NCBI GenBank assembly: GCA_963827655.1
Contig: CAWHCF010000049.1
Coordinates: 32,001 to 96,000 of the forward strand
DNA: 64,000 nt
Reading direction: 5' to 3'
Source of the DNA: an uncultured Acidobacteriota bacterium
GTDB lineage: Bacteria > Acidobacteriota > UBA6911
Shown: positions 59,461-64,000 of the stretch, piece after piece
How the letters are laid out: each line of letters begins with the position of its first letter
How positions within the stretch are numbered: the stretch's first letter is position 1
Notes under the pieces: generated by a model
What the model was told of the DNA's origin: nothing
Seen by the model: only the letters and a program-made list of their open reading frames with translations
Database searches by the model: none
Translations under genes and position numbers: made by a program

Positions 59461-60685
59461 CCGCCGTGGGTCCACCTGCCTTCACCCGGCTTAGCAACAC
59501 GCCGCCGATGACAAAAAAAACCATCACCGACAGAATGGCGACGCGCTGGTTTCCTCCGGTGGCCTCGGAGACGTGGCCGAATAGCAGAGGTCCCATGACA
59601 GCCGCCGATTTACCGCAAAGCGAATAGAAGCCGAAGAAATCTCCCTCCCTGCCTTTCGGAATCAAGCTTGACATGAACGCGCGAGAAGCCGCCTGGATGG
59701 CGCCCAGGCCGCTTCCGGCCAGTATGGCGATGAGAAAGAAGGCGGTTTTGCTGTGAGCCATGTAGGCGAACGTGACCGCTATCGACCATTGCACAAGCAT
59801 CGTCATCACCACCCGCTTCGGGCCGAGGGTGTCGGTCGGTTTAGCCCACAGGAATGCGCCGGCGAGCGCCGAGGCCTGTACCAGCGTGAAAAGGCCGAGC
59901 GCTTCCGTGGCGGTGAACCGCAGCGTCTGGACGGCAAAGCCCGCGGCAAAGAAGATCACGGTGTTGACACCATCCTCGAAGAAGAGGTACGCCAACAGGA
60001 AACGTCGCGTCTCGCGCAGCTTCAAAATGTCGCGAAAAGTCTGCCAGGTCTCTCTCGCCCCGGCCATGGCCGCTTTCATCAGGACCAACTTCGGAGCCAG
60101 ATCGGAGGGAAGCCAGAGGAAAGCGGGGAGCGAGAAGATCACGTAGGCGGCCGCGATTGCGATAAATGCCCCATTCAGGAACTTCCACTGAATGAAAGGG
60201 AGGGCGAGCACCAAGGCCAGGAGTGAGCCCGCATAACCGACGGCGAACCCCCACCCGGAAAGCCGTCCCTGAAACTGCCGTGGAGCGATCTCCGGCAGGT
60301 AGGCATTGTAAAAAACCAGGGCTCCTTCGAACCCGACATAGGAGATCACCGAAACCACGAATCCCCAGACAACCATCCCTGGTTCCACGGTGGTGAACAG
60401 GCAGACGGCGCCCGCCGAGACCAGCGTATACAGGATGAGAAGGCGTTTGCGAATGCCCGCGTGGTCGGCAACGGCACCCATGAAAGGCGAGCTTATCGCT
60501 ACTGACAACATGGAGATGGAGATCACCCGTCCCCACCATAGATCCCCGAGGCCGTGCTCGTTTCCGACGATGACGCCCTGATAGTAGGTTTGCCAGATGA
60601 CTGCCGGGAGCACCACGTAGAATGAATTGGCAAAATCGTAGAGGCACCAGCTGGCGACGATTTTGCGGTTCAGGCTCCGGGCCAT
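59441..60685 (-). CDS. MFS transporter (UMF1/ATG22-like)
   Basis: SWCLYDFANS, FYNAYLPEIA, LSGWG...GYAG, FFGFYSL.GK; about 12 TMs. Confidence 0.9.
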   Translation of the reverse strand: MARSLNRKIVASWCLYDFANSFYVVLPAVIWQTYYQGVIVGNEHGLGDLWWGRVISISMLSVAISSPFMGAVADHAGIRKRLLILYTLVSAGAVCLFTTVEPGMVVWGFVVSVISYVGFEGALVFYNAYLPEIAPRQFQGRLSGWGFAVGYAGSLLALVLALPFIQWKFLNGAFIAIAAAYVIFSLPAFLWLPSDLAPKLVLMKAAMAGARETWQTFRDILKLRETRRFLLAYLFFEDGVNTVIFFAAGFAVQTLRFTATEALGLFTLVQASALAGAFLWAKPTDTLGPKRVVMTMLVQWSIAVTFAYMAHSKTAFFLIAILAGSGLGAIQAASRAFMSSLIPKGREGDFFGFYSLCGKSAAVMGPLLFGHVSEATGGNQRVAILSVMVFFVIGGVLLSRVKAGGPTAELTIYD

Positions 60686-60719
60686 GGCCGCACAGTATAC
60701 AGCACTCGATTGCGGTCAA

Positions 60720-60850
60720 GAGACCCGCAAGCTCGGCCCGTTGGGCCGACAATGCGTAGCCCCGGCCGTAGGGCCGGGGAAATCGGGTCTCTCAAACACG
60801 AGCGCCGGAGGTGCGACACAGTCGGAGTGCCGGTCCTTGGGACCTCGGAC
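60720..60850. repeat. REP-like multi-hairpin intergenic module
   Basis: GAGACCCG...CGGGTCTC enclosing TCGGCCC-GTT-GGGCCGA and CCCCGGCC-GTAG-GGCCGGGG. Confidence 0.55.
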
Positions 60851-60926
60851 GATATATTCTTGCTCCTGACTACTGACTTCTGGCTTCCAGCGTGAACAAA
60901 ATTCTCGTAAGCTCGCACCTAACGGT

Positions 60927-61805
60927 TCAAGTCAGAACAGAGAGGATAAAGGGCGTGATGGCTTCGATGCTGGAGATCCGCTCGGACGCCTCCCCGGCGC
61001 GATGTCCCCAGGTAAGCGTAGGGACTCGGTTGAGGGTGTGGGTCTTGCGGGAGAGATCTTCGATGTTACCGTGATCGCTGGTGAGAAGGACTAGCTGCTC
61101 GGCCGGGTCGATTTCTTCCAGGACCGAGCAGATGAATCTTTCCAGATTCTCGAGCACCTCGACTGCCAGAGCCATGTCGCAGGCATGTCCCACCAGATCG
61201 GTAATGAAATATTCGTACAGCGTGAAGCTGTAGCGGGAGGCAATCCGGGCCAGGTTTGCGCCTGATTGCTCCGGAGTGCGCAGCGGCAAGTCAAAGCCGA
61301 TTTGCCGCAAGTAACGATGCGTAAAATCCTGGTACACGGCGTCTCCGCTCGCAAGATCCTCGAGGGTCCGCAGAGGCACTCCCGCTGAGAGGCAAGCTGC
61401 GGTGGTCACCGAAACTGGTCTTTGCTTGCGGTTGAAGAAGCCAGGGGTATAACTGTTGGCGAAAGTCGCGCTGCGGCCGAGATCTCGAAGCTTCACGAAA
61501 ACCGACTCGCGAGCCAGCAATTGCTTGAGCGCTGTATTTGGAAAACCGCTCAGGTGGCTGCCCAGGAACTTTGAGGCGTTAACGCCGGTGAGGATGGTTG
61601 TCTGGCCGGTGGCGCTCTGCGGCAGCCCGGCGACTCCGAGAGTAGCGTCGGTTGGGGTCACAAAACCCGAGCCATGGATCTTCGCAGGGGGATCCGTGGC
61701 AAACTGCGCAAATATTGCGGGTTTAAAGCGGGCGAGAGGGTTGACGCCCGGGTCTCGCAGGCCGATCCCCACACCATCAACGAAGATCAGGAGTACGCGC
61801 GGCAT
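60927..61805 (-). CDS. Alkaline-phosphatase superfamily metalloenzyme (phosphomutase-like)
   Basis: FVDGVG, PQSATGQT, TDLVGH, TSDHGN, HT.N.VP. Confidence 0.85.
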   Translation of the reverse strand: MPRVLLIFVDGVGIGLRDPGVNPLARFKPAIFAQFATDPPAKIHGSGFVTPTDATLGVAGLPQSATGQTTILTGVNASKFLGSHLSGFPNTALKQLLARESVFVKLRDLGRSATFANSYTPGFFNRKQRPVSVTTAACLSAGVPLRTLEDLASGDAVYQDFTHRYLRQIGFDLPLRTPEQSGANLARIASRYSFTLYEYFITDLVGHACDMALAVEVLENLERFICSVLEEIDPAEQLVLLTSDHGNIEDLSRKTHTLNRVPTLTWGHRAGEASERISSIEAITPFILSVLT

Positions 61806-61808
61806 GAT

Positions 61809-61901
61809 TCGATTGCGGATTGCAGATTGCGGATTGCAGATTGAGAATGTCGTTAGCCGACTCTGAACGGAATAATCCGCAATCCGAAATCCGAAATCGT
61901 C
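61809..61901. repeat. Inverted pair of (GATTGCG)n heptamer arrays
   Basis: Direct reading. Confidence 0.85.
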
Positions 61902-63348
61902 AGTCCGGTTTCCCGGATTTCAGATGGGGGACTACTTCCACGAGTTTCTTGATGTCCACTCCCGCCAGGCTTTCGACCAGCGGTGGAAGCTGGGCCATGA
62001 TGGTGGCCACGTCCTTGGTTATCTTGCTGGCCCCGGCGCCATCGCCTCCAGTGTTGACGATGGTAATCTTGTCGGTCTTGCTCAGCGGCTCGGCGATAGC
62101 CTTGGCAATTTCCGGCAGAGCCTGCAGAATGAGCTGGGTCACGGCGGCCTGGTTGTATTCCTTCCATGAGGCGGCTTTTCTTGCCATCGCGTCTGCCTCA
62201 GCGCTCCCCTTGGCCGCGATGATTTCCGCTTCCGCCGTGCCGGTTGCCTTGACCACATCGGCCTGCGCCAGGCCTTTCGCTTTCTGAGCTTCGGCCTGGC
62301 CGTGGGCTTCGGCTTCGAACCTGTAGCGGGTGGCGTCGGCCTCGGTTTGAACTTTGTAGCGCTCCGCGTCAGCCTGACGCTTTACTGTGGCCTCCAGCTC
62401 TTTTTCGCGGCGCAGGATCTCCTTTTCCTGCACCACAATCTGCTGTTCCTTTTCCACTACCGAGACCTGCACCTCTTCACGCTTCAGAGCTTGATTGGTT
62501 TTGTAGCGCTGCAAATCGTAGGCAAGGTCCGCATGGGCCTTGGCTTCGTTTGTGAGGGCGTCGTAGGACGCCTTCTGCAGCAGGAAGTTCCTCTGGGCTT
62601 CGGCAATCTGGGTGTCGGCTTGAAACTTGGCGATTTCCCCGGCCTGACGGGCCTGGGCCGATTTGATGGAAGCGTCTCGATCGGCCTCTGCCTGGGCGAT
62701 GATCGCGTCGCGTTTGACCTCTGCCGTCCGTGGTTTTCCCAGCGCCTCGAGGTAGCCGTGATTGTCCCTGATGTCTTTCATGGTGAATGAAACAATCGTA
62801 AGTCCCATATTGGCAAGGTCTGAGACTGCAACTTCCTGGACCGAGGCGGCAAACTGGTCTCGATTCTTGTAAATATCTTCGACCGACATAGTGCCGATTA
62901 TGGCTCGAAGATGACCCTCGACCGTCTGCAGGGCGATGTCCTTGATCTGATCCGGCGTTTTCCCCAGGAACTGTTCCGACGACGTCCGAATGGAGTGCTC
63001 GTCGCCGCCGACCTTCACCTGAGCCACACCGTCCACGATGATCGGTACACCCGGTTTGGTATAAACCTCCGGGGTAGTGACATCCAGGGTCATGATTTCA
63101 AGGCTCAACAGGTCAACTTTTTCCAATAACGGCATGATGAAGGCGCCACCGCCACGACGGATCCTGAATCCCACCTCATCGACGCGGCCGTCGGGAGTCT
63201 TGATCTTGTACTTTCTGCCGGAAATAACCATGACCTGATTCGGTCCCACCTTCTTATAGCGCCGTGCGACCGCATAAATCGCGAGGATGAAGGCGAGGGC
63301 CAGGCCCACAAACACCAATACAATGGTCAAGTCGCTGAACATATGCAC
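61900..63348 (-). CDS. Flotillin family SPFH protein (FloT/YqiK-like)
   Basis: N-terminal TM, LEIMTLDV, EGHLRAIIG.M.VE.I, D..GYL.ALG, AEA repeats, PLS..DKIT. Confidence 0.94.
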   Translation of the reverse strand: MHMFSDLTIVLVFVGLALAFILAIYAVARRYKKVGPNQVMVISGRKYKIKTPDGRVDEVGFRIRRGGGAFIMPLLEKVDLLSLEIMTLDVTTPEVYTKPGVPIIVDGVAQVKVGGDEHSIRTSSEQFLGKTPDQIKDIALQTVEGHLRAIIGTMSVEDIYKNRDQFAASVQEVAVSDLANMGLTIVSFTMKDIRDNHGYLEALGKPRTAEVKRDAIIAQAEADRDASIKSAQARQAGEIAKFQADTQIAEAQRNFLLQKASYDALTNEAKAHADLAYDLQRYKTNQALKREEVQVSVVEKEQQIVVQEKEILRREKELEATVKRQADAERYKVQTEADATRYRFEAEAHGQAEAQKAKGLAQADVVKATGTAEAEIIAAKGSAEADAMARKAASWKEYNQAAVTQLILQALPEIAKAIAEPLSKTDKITIVNTGGDGAGASKITKDVATIMAQLPPLVESLAGVDIKKLVEVVPHLKSGKPD

Positions 63349-63356
63349 TCCACTCT

Positions 63357-63890
63357 CTACTGTGCGGCTCGCACGTAGAAGACGTTGCCGACGACCTGAA
63401 CGATCGTCACGGCTGTATTTCTGGGAACCGCTTTCCCATCGATTGAGCGTGCAGCCGAGTTGACCCGGGTTCCCTTGGCGATAAGCGCGATCTCCCCGGT
63501 TCCGTTTTCAGGGATGGGCGTCACAACCTGAACCACTCGCCCCACCATGTCCTGAAAGGTAAACTCACTGCCGGCCTGCGTGCTTCGGAAGAGCAAGGTC
63601 AACATAACGAAGGTGCCGCCGCTGAGAAGAGCGCCGGTCAGCAGCGCCACGGCGATTCCTTTCGCCAGGGAAAGCTGGAAGTAGGAATTGGCCAGGAGTC
63701 CCCCTCCGCCAAATCCGGTGAGGAAGGTGGAGATGATCGTTGGGCTCAGAGGGCTCATCGGTAGATCCGTCCCGGCCTCCATGGAAGCATCTCCGGCGTC
63801 ACCTCCAAAGAGATCTCCCGAGAGACCGACGAATATGGCGTAGCCGAGCCCGATCGCGAAACTCAAGAAGTAGATTACACCGACCGACAT
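63357..63890 (-). CDS. NfeD-like membrane protein with C-terminal OB fold
   Basis: Three hydrophobic helices, FLTGFGGGG, VVTPIP..GTGEI; directly upstream of flotillin. Confidence 0.85.
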   Translation of the reverse strand: MSVGVIYFLSFAIGLGYAIFVGLSGDLFGGDAGDASMEAGTDLPMSPLSPTIISTFLTGFGGGGLLANSYFQLSLAKGIAVALLTGALLSGGTFVMLTLLFRSTQAGSEFTFQDMVGRVVQVVTPIPENGTGEIALIAKGTRVNSAARSIDGKAVPRNTAVTIVQVVGNVFYVRAAQ

Positions 63891-64000
63891 ACGGGATTTC
63901 CCAGGCGCATCTCCAGTAATTCAGTGGTCGGATCCGGGTTCCCTCATCTCGTCCCCAACGGATCACTGTGTCTGGATGCGTCGTATTTTAGTAGTCGGAG

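Overview
A GC-rich (about 60%, by eye) bacterial chromosomal segment, most likely Acidobacteriota, judged from the acidobacterial-type VWA protein, the M48 paralog, the large secreted beta-propeller protein and the repeat families. It is mostly housekeeping: ligD (partial), rsbW/rsbV-like pair, pyrE-truA-uppS-cdsA-dxr-rseP, yebC-ruvC, amrA/amrB, HDAC, a lone nuoF, an ECF sigma/anti-sigma pair, hsp20-hsp20-htpX-grpE, OPT transporter, ileS-lspA-lolA, suhB, uvrC, nucleotide-sugar genes, a MacB-like ABC exporter, ugd, mpl, plsC, MFS and nfeD-flotillin. The standout accessory locus is 22.6-27.0 kb. It holds two tandem prokaryotic pentameric ligand-gated ion channel (Pro-loop, ELIC-like) genes behind a structured leader, a DUF4239/bestrophin-like membrane protein, and a chemoreceptor-like sensor-HAMP protein with no enzymatic output that ends in a leucine zipper. 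This is a candidate heteromeric ion-channel signalling module. Other points of note: a plant-type glucuronokinase between a GalU-like gene and an SDR, a structured RNA candidate between nuoF and the HDAC gene, two families of small duplicated elements with CTAAG/CTTAG flanks, and dense intergenic 7-mer and 8-mer repeat families that often supply stop codons. At least six genes carry small frameshifts, probably consensus errors. No rRNA, tRNA or CRISPR array was recognised. All calls come from reading motifs by eye; no database searches were run.
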